Below, piece by piece: positions 1 through 9,257 of a stretch of 64,000 nt of DNA. The notes under the pieces are model-generated. The model searched no databases and was not told where the DNA came from. It saw only the letters and a program-made list of their open reading frames with translations. The stretch comes from an uncultured bacterium (GTDB taxonomy: Bacteria; Verrucomicrobiota; Kiritimatiellia; RFP12; UBA1067), in contig CADCAK010000001.1 of assembly GCA_902799385.1 (NCBI GenBank), positions 30,670 through 94,669 of the forward strand. Reading direction: 5' to 3'. Within the stretch, counting starts at the first letter, position 1. Every line of letters begins with the position of its first letter. A program made the position numbers and the translations under genes.

Positions 1-8
1 GGTGTGAT

Positions 9-1235
9 GTGTTTCATTTGACCAAGGGTGGTGATTTTTGGAAAAAGATTGAGAAGCAGATACGTGAATGTACATGTAAATTCTTACCGGTAATGACAAG
101 GGTCTCAAACAGTCGTGAAGGGGTTATGCAGGAGATTGCAGTAGCAAAGAGTGTGGGCAAGAGTCTAAATGACAACGATTTCATCATTCCTCTTCGGATT
201 GATCCAAATTTGGCATTTGGCGATTTTGATCCACGATTAATTACTTGTAATGGGGTTGATTTTACGACTTCCTGGGCAGAAGGTTTTGCTGAGCTGATAA
301 AAAATCTCAATGAACTTAAATGCCCGAAAAATGGAGATATGTCTGATGGTGCTGCAATCTATGAACGTACGATACTTGGAAAATTTAGTACTGTAGAGCG
401 TGAAGAAGTTTTTGACTCGAATTGGTTTTTGATGACAAATCTTCCTTTGACGATAAACTTTTGTCCTCTAAAAGGCGATGGGAAAATGGGCGAATGGGAT
501 TTTCCTGTGTTGCAGTACAAGAATCATTTTGTCTCGTTTGTAGATAGAGATGGGATGCCATCAGAAATATGTCAATTGCTGGTTGCTGATGTGACCCCGA
601 TTAAGTTCAACATCAAAGATTTCTTGAGGGCAAATAAAGATTGTGAGTTTATAAAATACGGATCATTTAAATGGTTGGTTATTGGACTTCTTGCAAAGGT
701 CTTTGATCTGAGCTTGCGAAATCAGTTCGGCGTCAGTACCAAGAAGATGTCGAATAGGCAAATGGCCTTTTTCTACCAAACAGGTGTTTTGGAAAAGAAC
801 AAAAAGGACCGAATAGCATTAGTTGGAAAACATAAAAGCTTGAAATGGCATTTTGCAGTTTCAGGGAATGTTAGACTGTTTCCCGCCCCTATGATTCAAT
901 TCAAGACGCATGTATTATTTTCAAAAAATGGATTTGATGTTAATCTTGATGACCATACTTCTCATGTCGCGAGACGGTCACTTGGTAAACGATGGTGGAA
1001 CAAAGAGTGGCATTCTAGATTAATGGCATTTGTGTCTACTTTGGTTAACTCACCTGATGGAGTAATAATGCTACAAGAAGGGGTTCAATTGCCTGTTGCG
1101 TTAAACTCCAAGCCTGTTCAATTTAAATCCAGAGTTGCATATGATGAGCCAGGGTCAGAGGCCAACTTGGAAGATGCCCTCATTGATGATGTGGATGATG
1201 AGTTAATGACAACGGAATCTGAGGAGGATGATTAA
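9..1235 (+). CDS. 5'-truncated gene; C-terminal end of a TIR-like domain followed by an APAZ-like domain (partner of short pAgo; SPARTA-type TIR-APAZ)
   Basis: ORF runs off the window start. N-terminal visible part (KFLPVMTRVSNSREGVMQEIAVAK..FIIPLRID) resembles the distal helices/strands of a TIR domain, followed by ~350 aa. It overlaps by 8 nt and is translationally coupled to a MID-PIWI short Argonaute gene, the canonical SPARTA arrangement. Confidence 0.5.
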   Translation: MFHLTKGGDFWKKIEKQIRECTCKFLPVMTRVSNSREGVMQEIAVAKSVGKSLNDNDFIIPLRIDPNLAFGDFDPRLITCNGVDFTTSWAEGFAELIKNLNELKCPKNGDMSDGAAIYERTILGKFSTVEREEVFDSNWFLMTNLPLTINFCPLKGDGKMGEWDFPVLQYKNHFVSFVDRDGMPSEICQLLVADVTPIKFNIKDFLRANKDCEFIKYGSFKWLVIGLLAKVFDLSLRNQFGVSTKKMSNRQMAFFYQTGVLEKNKKDRIALVGKHKSLKWHFAVSGNVRLFPAPMIQFKTHVLFSKNGFDVNLDDHTSHVARRSLGKRWWNKEWHSRLMAFVSTLVNSPDGVIMLQEGVQLPVALNSKPVQFKSRVAYDEPGSEANLEDALIDDVDDELMTTESEEDD

Positions 1236-2769
1236 TATGTTATCACTTCCGATTGAGTACATTGAAGAGCCAAAGATTGTCTTTGGGCATGGACAGCGAA
1301 TGTGTGATCCGCGTGACGGATTGTCCTTCTTCGGTCCGATAGAGAATGGTCCGCTTGAGATAAGAAGCGGTGTCGTTGGTTCTAGCAATGCCTTAAGAAT
1401 ATTCAAGTCATATATTGAGAGAATTCGTAGGCCAGTTTATAATGCAAATACGATAACGAGGCCATTTTTCCCAGGTTTTGAATCTGTATTCAATTGTAAA
1501 TGGAATACAAACACGATTTTGTTTAAAGAAGTTACCAAAGAAAGTGTGATGGCCGCTTTGGCTCAGCAAAATAGGAACATTCGGACATATGATGCGGTAA
1601 CGCTTTTCTTGAACCCGATTCTTAGGGCGGGGGATGAAGATTCCAGTGTTAATATGTGGTTTGTTATTGTTCCAGATGAGATATATCAATACTGCCGCCC
1701 AAAATCAGCAGCGCCAAACGAATTAGAGCTTCGTAAACCGTTGCTGACTAAACGAGAAGCCAGTAAATTCGTGCCGGAGAATTGGCTTTTCGCTGAAATG
1801 CGGAAAGAGGATGAGTTGAAGCAGCTTGAGCAAAAAAAGTATTTGTATGACGCCCAATTCCATGATCAGTTTAAGGCACGATTGTTAGAGCGGCAAATAC
1901 CTACGCAAATTATACGCGAAAGCACGTTGGATTGGCAGAACTATGTGAATTCAAAGGGAAAGCCAATCAGAAACTATTCTGCAATTGAAGGTCATCTGGC
2001 TTGGACGTTATCCACGACTGTATATTACAAGGCAGGTGGTAAGCCTTGGCAGCTTTCAGATGTGAGACCAGGTGTGTGCTATCTAGGCCTTGTATATAAG
2101 AAATATGAGTATTCGGCCAACGAGCGTTATGCATGCTGCGCGGCACAGATGTTTTTAAATAATGGCGACGGCACTATTTTTAAGGGTGAGCTTGGCCCAT
2201 GGTACAATCCTAAATCTGGGGAATTTCATCTGCAGACGAAAGCGGCTAGGTCATTATTGCAAAAAGCGGTTGAGTCATATCGTGAAACGACTGGGAATTA
2301 TCCCAAAGAATTATTTATACATGCGCGAACCCATTTCAACAACGAAGAATGGTCGGCATTTTTGGACGTCGTTCCCACAGGGACAAGAATCGTTGGCATT
2401 ACCATAGACCCGAAACCGATATTAAAGTTATATAGGTTGGATAGTCGATATCCAATTATGCGAGGGATGTTACTTAAGCATGATGAGAGGCGTGCGTTGT
2501 TATGGACGAAGGGGTTTGTTCCAAGAATCCAAACCGCATTGGGCTTGGAAACACCGTCGCCATTAGATATTCGAATTGACAAGGGAGATGCCGATATCGA
2601 TGTAGTTGTCCGAGATATACTTGCATTAACGAAATTGAATTATAATGCTTGTTTGTATGGTGATGGTTTGCCTGTGACTTTGCGTTTTGCCGATAAGATT
2701 GGGAATATCCTCACGGCAACGGCGGAGCAAACCACTTGCCCTCCCTTGTCATTCAAATTTTACATCTAA
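1228..2769 (+). CDS. short prokaryotic Argonaute (MID + catalytically inactive PIWI)
   Basis: 513 aa. MID-like nucleotide pocket region (..TVYYKAGGKPWQL..). PIWI C-terminus (..GDGLPVTLRFADKIGNILTA) resembles pAgo C-terminal anchoring motifs. No obvious DEDX tetrad. Start overlaps the upstream APAZ gene stop. Confidence 0.6.
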   Translation: MINMLSLPIEYIEEPKIVFGHGQRMCDPRDGLSFFGPIENGPLEIRSGVVGSSNALRIFKSYIERIRRPVYNANTITRPFFPGFESVFNCKWNTNTILFKEVTKESVMAALAQQNRNIRTYDAVTLFLNPILRAGDEDSSVNMWFVIVPDEIYQYCRPKSAAPNELELRKPLLTKREASKFVPENWLFAEMRKEDELKQLEQKKYLYDAQFHDQFKARLLERQIPTQIIRESTLDWQNYVNSKGKPIRNYSAIEGHLAWTLSTTVYYKAGGKPWQLSDVRPGVCYLGLVYKKYEYSANERYACCAAQMFLNNGDGTIFKGELGPWYNPKSGEFHLQTKAARSLLQKAVESYRETTGNYPKELFIHARTHFNNEEWSAFLDVVPTGTRIVGITIDPKPILKLYRLDSRYPIMRGMLLKHDERRALLWTKGFVPRIQTALGLETPSPLDIRIDKGDADIDVVVRDILALTKLNYNACLYGDGLPVTLRFADKIGNILTATAEQTTCPPLSFKFYI

Positions 2770-2778
2770 GGTGCTGCC

Positions 2779-4035
2779 ATGATGAATAGCTCATATAGGA
2801 TGACTGAAGTTGGGCTTCTCCCTGAGGATTGGGATGCAAAGCGGTTTTCAGAGTGCTTCACTCTGGTTCGGAATAACACTTATGCTCGTGAGTGCCTGAC
2901 CGATCATCCCGGTTCGGTGGCGAATGTCCATTATGGAGACGTGCTGATCAAGTACGGAGCCGTTCTTGACTTCGCGAAGAATGCTGTGCCTTACCTTAAG
3001 TCCGATGTGAAACCGAATAAGGATATGCTGAGAGATGGGGATCTGGTCTTTGCCGATACGGCGGAGGACGAGGCGGTTGGTAAGGCTGTTGAGGTACAGG
3101 GGTTGAAGTCTCGCATGGCGGTTGCGGGATTACATACTGTCGCAAGCCGCCCTCATGATGGTTTGTTTGCGCAACGGTATCTTGGCTATTACATCAATTC
3201 TGCAGCTTACCACAACCAGTTGCTGCCTTTGATCACTGGCACGAAAGTTTCATCCGTTTCTAGGGCAGGTTTTCTGGCAACATACGTGGCCATACCGCCA
3301 AAGAGTGAGCAGCGGCGGATAGCGGGGGCGTTGTCGGATGTCGATGAGTTGATTTCGGCGTTGGGGAAACTCATTGAGAAAAAGCGCAACATCAAGACCG
3401 GCGCGATGCAAGAACTGCTCACCGGCAAAACCCGCCTCCCCGGCTTCGGTGGCAAGTGGGTGGAGAAGAGGTTGGGTGATTGGGGGATGCTTATTCGAGA
3501 AACAGAGAATCCTCTGGAGTTCCCTGATAAACTTTTTGTTGAATATAGTATGCCCGCTTTTGATGCGGGGAAGACACCACAAATAGTGATTGGCAAAAGC
3601 ATGTTAAGTAGTCGCACAAAGATACATGGTGAGGTTCTTTTATTCAACAAGCTAAATGTTCGACAGCGACGAATTTGGCATGTTGAATTATGCCCTGATA
3701 ATGCGATTTGCTCATCGGAGTTTCTACCTTACTATTCTGACACCATCGACCTTCGGCTGCTAGCTTATGCGCTTGACACAGAACAAAGTACTAAACATTT
3801 TATTGATGTGTCTAAAGGCACATCAAACAGCCAAAAACGCATATCTCCGCAAGAGTTTGAAGATTTTAGAGTGATGTTGCCCCCCACTCTCCCCGAGCAG
3901 CGCGCGATTGCGGCGGTGCTAACAGACATCGACGCGGAGATCGCGGCGCTTGAGGCCGACCGTGCGAAATACGAGCGCATCAAATCCGGCATGATGCAGG
4001 AACTGTTGACGGGCAAGACGAGATTGAAGCCATGA
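2779..4035 (+). CDS. hsdS: type I restriction-modification specificity subunit HsdS
   Basis: Two target-recognition halves, each ending in the conserved HsdS linker EQRRIA..L..D..I..L....K.(A)MQELLTGKTRL (present twice). Confidence 0.9.
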   Translation: MMNSSYRMTEVGLLPEDWDAKRFSECFTLVRNNTYARECLTDHPGSVANVHYGDVLIKYGAVLDFAKNAVPYLKSDVKPNKDMLRDGDLVFADTAEDEAVGKAVEVQGLKSRMAVAGLHTVASRPHDGLFAQRYLGYYINSAAYHNQLLPLITGTKVSSVSRAGFLATYVAIPPKSEQRRIAGALSDVDELISALGKLIEKKRNIKTGAMQELLTGKTRLPGFGGKWVEKRLGDWGMLIRETENPLEFPDKLFVEYSMPAFDAGKTPQIVIGKSMLSSRTKIHGEVLLFNKLNVRQRRIWHVELCPDNAICSSEFLPYYSDTIDLRLLAYALDTEQSTKHFIDVSKGTSNSQKRISPQEFEDFRVMLPPTLPEQRAIAAVLTDIDAEIAALEADRAKYERIKSGMMQELLTGKTRLKP

Positions 4036-5327
4036 TTGATGTGCAAAATAGCGAAGTGAGGCAGGAGGTGAAGCACCACATGGGGCGGCGGTGCTTCAAC
4101 TGGGATTATTCCTCACGCTGCATCTACATGATCACGACCACTCTTGCTGACAGGTCGCGGCCTGTTTTGGGGCAGGTTGTCGGCGAGGGCGAGGAATGGC
4201 GGGTCGAGCCGAGCGAGATTGGGCTGATTGTCGAGCAATGCTGGCGCGAGATTCCGCGGCAGTGGCCGGGGGTTGAGATAATCGAGAGCCAGCTGATGCC
4301 AGAGCACTTCCACGGCATTATCTTTGTGAAAGAGCAGCAGACGAAAAAGCTTGGCAATATCATCGGGAGCTTCAAGTCGAAAAGCACGAGCCGCGCAGGG
4401 GTGGTGGGGTTGTGGGCGCCTGGGTATGTTGACTTGATTCTCTTTCGCGCGGGGCAGCTTGAGAAGATGATCGCCTATATCCGCGATAACCCGCGGCGGC
4501 TTGGCATAAAGTTGACACACCCTGAGCTTTTCAAGGTAGCGCGAGATATTGAGATAGACTTGGGCACATACGCCCAAGCGCAGAACCGCGCGCGCCCAAG
4601 CGTAGGACATGCAAGTGGCGAAGCGCAGAACCGCCCGCGTCAAAGCGCAGAACCTAGCGTCGGTGTTATTCCCTCTTGGCGCGGCCCGTCTAAGGGCCAT
4701 TTTATGGCGATTGGCAGCCACTTTCTTTTGGCGCGGCCGATTATTTGCCAGATTCAATGCTCGCGCTCTTTCTTCGCCTACAAGCGCCGCCGGTTGCCGG
4801 GCGGTTGGCAAATCTGCCGCGATTCCGCCGGCAAGCCGATTGTTGAGAAATCAACGCCTGAATTCGAGGAAAAGGCGACCGCCGCCATGCGCGCGGCGGC
4901 GCAGGGCGCGGTATTGCTGAGCCCATGCATCAGCCATGGCGAGCGCGAGATCGCCCGCCGAGCCTTTGAGTCAGGGCACCGCGTGATAACATTGCAGAAC
5001 AAAGGCTTTTCGCCGCTCTACAAACCGGGCGGCAAGCTCTTCGAGACGTGCGCAGCGGGCAACTTGTTGATGCTCGCTCCGATTGGCTGGCCGTATGTGC
5101 CGGGCGAGAAAGCGATGACGCGCCATGAGGCGCAGGTCTTAAATCGCATTGCCCAGCTCATAGCCGATGACGGCGCGGTTGAAATCGACTACAAAGGCGT
5201 TGTGCTGAGCGGCATCGACGAGGCGGTTGCGCAAGCAGTGGCGGGGGTGGACTTCGCCGCACGCGGCGAGGAACTTGGGCGCACGCGCCCAAGCGCAGGA
5301 CAGAACCGCGCACGCGGCGAAATCTAG
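4032..5327 (+). CDS. RayT/IS200-like Y1 (HUH) transposase-domain protein with ~265-aa C-terminal extension
   Basis: N-terminal 165 aa match the COG1943/Y1_Tnp pattern: HuH motif (MPEHFHGIIFV) and catalytic Tyr region (LWAPGYVDLILF...IAYIRDNP). Start overlaps the hsdS stop (ATGA). The C-terminal region is non-repetitive and protein-like but unassigned; a DprA/SLOG-like Rossmann domain is possible but speculative. Confidence 0.55.
   Translation: MIDVQNSEVRQEVKHHMGRRCFNWDYSSRCIYMITTTLADRSRPVLGQVVGEGEEWRVEPSEIGLIVEQCWREIPRQWPGVEIIESQLMPEHFHGIIFVKEQQTKKLGNIIGSFKSKSTSRAGVVGLWAPGYVDLILFRAGQLEKMIAYIRDNPRRLGIKLTHPELFKVARDIEIDLGTYAQAQNRARPSVGHASGEAQNRPRQSAEPSVGVIPSWRGPSKGHFMAIGSHFLLARPIICQIQCSRSFFAYKRRRLPGGWQICRDSAGKPIVEKSTPEFEEKATAAMRAAAQGAVLLSPCISHGEREIARRAFESGHRVITLQNKGFSPLYKPGGKLFETCAAGNLLMLAPIGWPYVPGEKAMTRHEAQVLNRIAQLIADDGAVEIDYKGVVLSGIDEAVAQAVAGVDFAARGEELGRTRPSAGQNRARGEI
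4571..4659. repeat. REP-like GC-rich imperfect repeats (consensus CGCCCAAGCGCAGAACCGCGC), several copies
   Basis: Copies at 4571-4593, 4594-4607 (partial), 4618-4639 and 4641-4659, inside the 3' half of the RayT-like ORF. Confidence 0.6.
5286..5316. repeat. additional copy of the REP-like CGCCCAAGCGCAG(GAC)AGAACCGCGC repeat just upstream of hsdR
   Basis: Same motif as the 4571-4659 repeats. Confidence 0.55.
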
Positions 5328-5346
5328 GAAGGAAGGATCTAGGGAT

Positions 5347-8300
5347 ATGGAAAACAATAAGGTTGAAGGCGAGGTTTTGCGTCCGAGCGCGAGCGCTGGG
5401 GTTGCCCCCGAGCGAGCGGTTCAAGATCGCATCATTGAGCTTCTGAGAACAAAGCTTGGCTATGAGTATCTTGGCAATTTGTCGGAGCGCGAGAACACCT
5501 GTCTCGATAGGCAGGCGCTGAAGGAGTTTCTTGTCGGCAAGCAGAAGCTCGAGCCTGCATACGCCGACCGTGCAATAGCCGAGCTCGGGAAGCGCATGGC
5601 ATGCCCGAGTCAGGCCGACCTCTATAGCGTAAACAAAGAAGTGTATCTGACGCTCAGATACCCGATGCCGGTCGCCACCGAGCCGGGCAAGCCGATGAAA
5701 CAGGTTTATTTCATCGACTGGCAGCATCCGCTCGAAAACAACTTCTCCATAGCCGAGGAAGTGACGGTAAGACGGCAGATCGCGGCAAACGGCCATCGCC
5801 GGCCTGATGTCGTGATCTGGGTCAATGGCATTGCCCTTTGCGTGATCGAGCTAAAGAAGGCGAATGTGAGCGTGGCCGAGGGAATTCGCCAGAACTACCG
5901 CAATCAGCAAGAGGGGGAGATACCGGCGTTTTTTGCCGCGGCGCAGCTCTTGATGGCGGGCAATGAATCGGAAGGGCTCAAGTATGCGACTACGCTTACG
6001 CCCGAGAAGTACTGGTTGAAGTGGAAAGAGCCGTGTGGCAATCCGTGCGCAGCGCCGAGGTGGGGAAAGTCGGAGATAAAGCCGCTTGTCGATCGTCTGT
6101 TTGCGCAGATGCTCGACAAGGAGCGGTTGCTCGCCTTTATACACGATGGCGTTGTGTTTGACGGTGGCGTTAAGAAGGTGATGCGGCCCGCGCAGTTTTT
6201 CGCGCTGGAGGCGGCGAAGCCGCGTATCATGCGCAAGGAGTCGGGCATCATCTGGCATTCGCAGGGCTCGGGCAAGTCGCTTACGATGGTGTGGCTCGCG
6301 CAGTGGATCAAGGAGCATCGGTCTGATGCGCGGGTGGTGATAATCACCGACCGCGACGAACTCGACAAGCAGATCACAAACGGCTTCAAGGAGGCCGGCG
6401 AGAAGCCATATCGCGCGACAAGCGGCGCCGACTTGATAGCAACATTGAATGGGTCTCGCGAGCGGCTGATCACAACTTTGATTCACAAATTTGGCGCGAA
6501 CGGGCCAAAGGAGAAGCTTGATGCCCGAGAGCGCAGACTGCGGGGCGAAAGGTCGGTTGCGGTTTACCTGAAGGAACTTGCCGACAAGTTGCCGCCAGGT
6601 TTCAAGGCGAAGGGCGATATCTTTGTTTTCGTCGACGAGTGCCATCGTACGCAAGGCGGCGTGATGAATCTTGCCATGAAGAAGATCATGGGCCCGGACG
6701 TGATGCTGATCGGCTTTACGGGGACGCCGCTTCTTAAGAGCGAGAAAGGCGCGCTTACGAGCTATGCCAATTTTGGGCCGTTCATCCATACCTACAAATT
6801 CGACGAGGCGGTAGAAGATGGCGTCGTGCTTGATCTGCGCTACGAGGCGCGCGACATCGAGCAGAACCTTGCCGAAGACGTGACATTTGACTCAATCTTC
6901 GAGCGCAAAACCAAGAACCTTCTTCCCGCCAAGAAGGAAGAGTTGAAGAAGCGATGGGCGAGGATGCAGAATCTCTTTTCGGCGAAAGAGCGCGTACAGC
7001 GCATCGTCACCGACATCTGCATGGACATGGGGATCAAGCCCGCGCTGCGCGAAGGGTGGGGCAATGCAATGCTGGTTTGCGAGTCGGTTTACCAGGCCTA
7101 TCGTTTCTGGGCGATGTTCAGCGACGTGCTCTCGCCGCTCAAGGACAAATGCGCCGTTGTCACAAGCTACGGCGGCGACGAGCCCGGTCTTTCCGAGGCG
7201 TTCACCGGCGAGCAGCTTACGGAAGCCGAGTACAAGCACAGGATGAATCTTGCCATGCGCGGCGACAAGACACCAGAGGATTTCGAGGAGTGGGCGAAGA
7301 AGGAGTTTGTCGAACACCCGGCGAAGATGAAGCTGCTTATCGTGGTCGACAAGCTGCTGACCGGCTTTGACGCGCCGCCCGCAACCTATCTCTACATCGA
7401 CAAGAAGATGGAAGACCACAATCTCTTCCAGGCGATTTGCCGCGTCAACAGGCTCAACGGCGAAAAGAAACGCTATGGCTACATAATCGACTACAAGCAT
7501 CTTTTCGAAAGCATAAGGGGCGCGGTCGAAGACTACACCAACGGCGCGTTCAAGAACTTCGAAAAAGAAGATGTCGAGGGGCTCCTCAAGGGCCGGCTTG
7601 AAGAAGGTCGCAAGGCGCTTGAAGCGGCTCTTGAACGGTGCGATATTCTTTCGGAACCGGTACTGCCGCCGAAGGGTCTCGACGAATATTGCGATTACTT
7701 CCTCGCCAATGACGGGGATTTGCAGCAGCGTGAAGATTTCTACCAGGCTTGCATCGCCGCGGTAAGGGCTTGGAGCGACATCGCGCAGGAAACTGACGAG
7801 GCCGGCTACTCCCCCGCCGAGGCGGCTGCGCTAAAGGAGAAGGTGCGCAACTACGACATGCTGCGCGAGGCGATCATGAAGCGAGCCGGCGATTTCGTGG
7901 ACCTCAAGCTCTACGATGCCGAGATGCGATCGCTTCTCGACAATTTCGTCACGGCCAAGCATGCGTTGAAACTCGCCGACCTCGAGGAGCTTTCGTTTCT
8001 CGATCTGATAAAAATCGACAAAGACAACGGAGGTTCGGTTGATTCCGACGTTGAGTCCGATGTCGGCGGCGAGAGAGGTGTTGCCGAAACGCTTGTGGCT
8101 AACGTCAGACGCTACATCTTCAGAAAGAAAGAGACCAATCCAGCCGAGTACCGCAAGTTCTCGGAACGCATCAACAGGCTTCTCGAAGACTACCGCAAGG
8201 AGAAGATCGAATACGGAAAGCTACTCGCGGAAATCGCCAAGATGGGCAAAGAACTGAAAGGCGATTCGACTGCTGCCGATCCGCGGTTAGACACAGAGGC

Positions 8301-8544
8301 CAAGCGAAGCCTCTGCGACAACCTGGGCGGCGATGCTGACCTTGCGCTCAAGGTCTTCGAGGCCGTTGGCGCAAGCGCCAAGCCCGGCTTTCGGAGGAAT
8401 GCCATACGGCGCAGGAAAGTCGAGATGGCCATCGAGGACGCCTTGCAGGGAACTGATTTCAACCCGCTTGCCGTCTACCAGATAGTGGAACACCAAAGTG
8501 AGTTCGACGCAGACTCCTACATGAGCGATGACCCTTGGATGTAG
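5347..8544 (+). CDS. hsdR: type I restriction enzyme R subunit HsdR
   Basis: N-terminal PD-(D/E)xK nuclease region (VIELKKANVSVAEGIRQNYRNQ), SF2 helicase motif I (GSGKSLTMVWLAQ) and DEAH-like motif II (VFVDECHRTQ). Start chosen at M41 of the track ORF, with an AGGAAGGA RBS. Confidence 0.9.
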   Translation: MENNKVEGEVLRPSASAGVAPERAVQDRIIELLRTKLGYEYLGNLSERENTCLDRQALKEFLVGKQKLEPAYADRAIAELGKRMACPSQADLYSVNKEVYLTLRYPMPVATEPGKPMKQVYFIDWQHPLENNFSIAEEVTVRRQIAANGHRRPDVVIWVNGIALCVIELKKANVSVAEGIRQNYRNQQEGEIPAFFAAAQLLMAGNESEGLKYATTLTPEKYWLKWKEPCGNPCAAPRWGKSEIKPLVDRLFAQMLDKERLLAFIHDGVVFDGGVKKVMRPAQFFALEAAKPRIMRKESGIIWHSQGSGKSLTMVWLAQWIKEHRSDARVVIITDRDELDKQITNGFKEAGEKPYRATSGADLIATLNGSRERLITTLIHKFGANGPKEKLDARERRLRGERSVAVYLKELADKLPPGFKAKGDIFVFVDECHRTQGGVMNLAMKKIMGPDVMLIGFTGTPLLKSEKGALTSYANFGPFIHTYKFDEAVEDGVVLDLRYEARDIEQNLAEDVTFDSIFERKTKNLLPAKKEELKKRWARMQNLFSAKERVQRIVTDICMDMGIKPALREGWGNAMLVCESVYQAYRFWAMFSDVLSPLKDKCAVVTSYGGDEPGLSEAFTGEQLTEAEYKHRMNLAMRGDKTPEDFEEWAKKEFVEHPAKMKLLIVVDKLLTGFDAPPATYLYIDKKMEDHNLFQAICRVNRLNGEKKRYGYIIDYKHLFESIRGAVEDYTNGAFKNFEKEDVEGLLKGRLEEGRKALEAALERCDILSEPVLPPKGLDEYCDYFLANDGDLQQREDFYQACIAAVRAWSDIAQETDEAGYSPAEAAALKEKVRNYDMLREAIMKRAGDFVDLKLYDAEMRSLLDNFVTAKHALKLADLEELSFLDLIKIDKDNGGSVDSDVESDVGGERGVAETLVANVRRYIFRKKETNPAEYRKFSERINRLLEDYRKEKIEYGKLLAEIAKMGKELKGDSTAADPRLDTEAKRSLCDNLGGDADLALKVFEAVGASAKPGFRRNAIRRRKVEMAIEDALQGTDFNPLAVYQIVEHQSEFDADSYMSDDPWM

Positions 8545-8548
8545 TGTC

Positions 8549-9256
8549 ATGACTATTGCCGGAATACAGATTGAAGTCGAGCGAAAGAAGATCAAGCACA
8601 CGCATCTTGCCGTCTATCCGCCGGATGCTAGGGTACATGTCTCTGCGCCAGATGATCTTTCCGACCGCGATTTGAGAAGTTTTCTTGCATCCAAGATTGG
8701 CTGGATACGCGACCAGCGGAAGACTGTTCTTTGCCAGCCTCGCCAGGCGCGCCGGGAGTATGTGAGCGGAGAGAGCATTTATTGCCTTGGCCGCAGGTAT
8801 AAACTATTGGTTGTCGTGGAAGATCGTTATGCGACGGAAAAGATGACGTGGGGCGGCAACAAGCTGTCGTTGTACGTGCGGGAGGGCGCTTCACGAGGGC
8901 ATAAGGAGAGGATCGTCGAATCATGGCAGAAGGCGATGTTGGGTGAGTCTCTTGCGGGCAAGATGAAAGGATGGTGCAGAAAGTTGAAGCTTGCTCTTCC
9001 AGAAATCGAAATAAGAAAGATGAAGACCCGGTGGGCGAGTTGTCTTCAGAAACGCGGCAAGATCGTTTTCAACGCCGCGCTTGGAAGAGTGCCCGCAAGA
9101 TGCATTGAGTATGTGGTCGTACATGAGCTGACGCATTTCGAGGTGTCGAACCACTCCAGAGCGTTTGTAGAGCTTATGGACAGGCGATTGCCGCGCTGGA
9201 GGATCTTGCGGAAAGAACTTAATGATTTTATCGCCATGCCGATGGAGGAGGTATAA
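8549..9256 (+). CDS. DUF45/YgjP-like (M48/WLM-like) zinc metallo-hydrolase, commonly linked to hsdR
   Basis: C-terminal HExxH-containing motif IEYVVVHELTHFEVSNHSRAFVELM and the WASC motif (KTRWASC). Located immediately downstream of hsdR. Confidence 0.8.
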   Translation: MTIAGIQIEVERKKIKHTHLAVYPPDARVHVSAPDDLSDRDLRSFLASKIGWIRDQRKTVLCQPRQARREYVSGESIYCLGRRYKLLVVVEDRYATEKMTWGGNKLSLYVREGASRGHKERIVESWQKAMLGESLAGKMKGWCRKLKLALPEIEIRKMKTRWASCLQKRGKIVFNAALGRVPARCIEYVVVHELTHFEVSNHSRAFVELMDRRLPRWRILRKELNDFIAMPMEEV

Positions 9257-9257
9257 T

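Noticed and set aside
4113-4811. 232-aa minus-strand ORF inside the RayT-like gene
   Set aside because: Antisense to an ORF with clear HUH-transposase motifs. The composition is Arg/Ala/Pro-rich and spurious-looking.
5158-6789. Minus-strand ORFs (212 aa, 312 aa, 189 aa) overlapping the hsdR 5' region
   Set aside because: Antisense to a gene with unambiguous HsdR motifs; high-GC artefacts.
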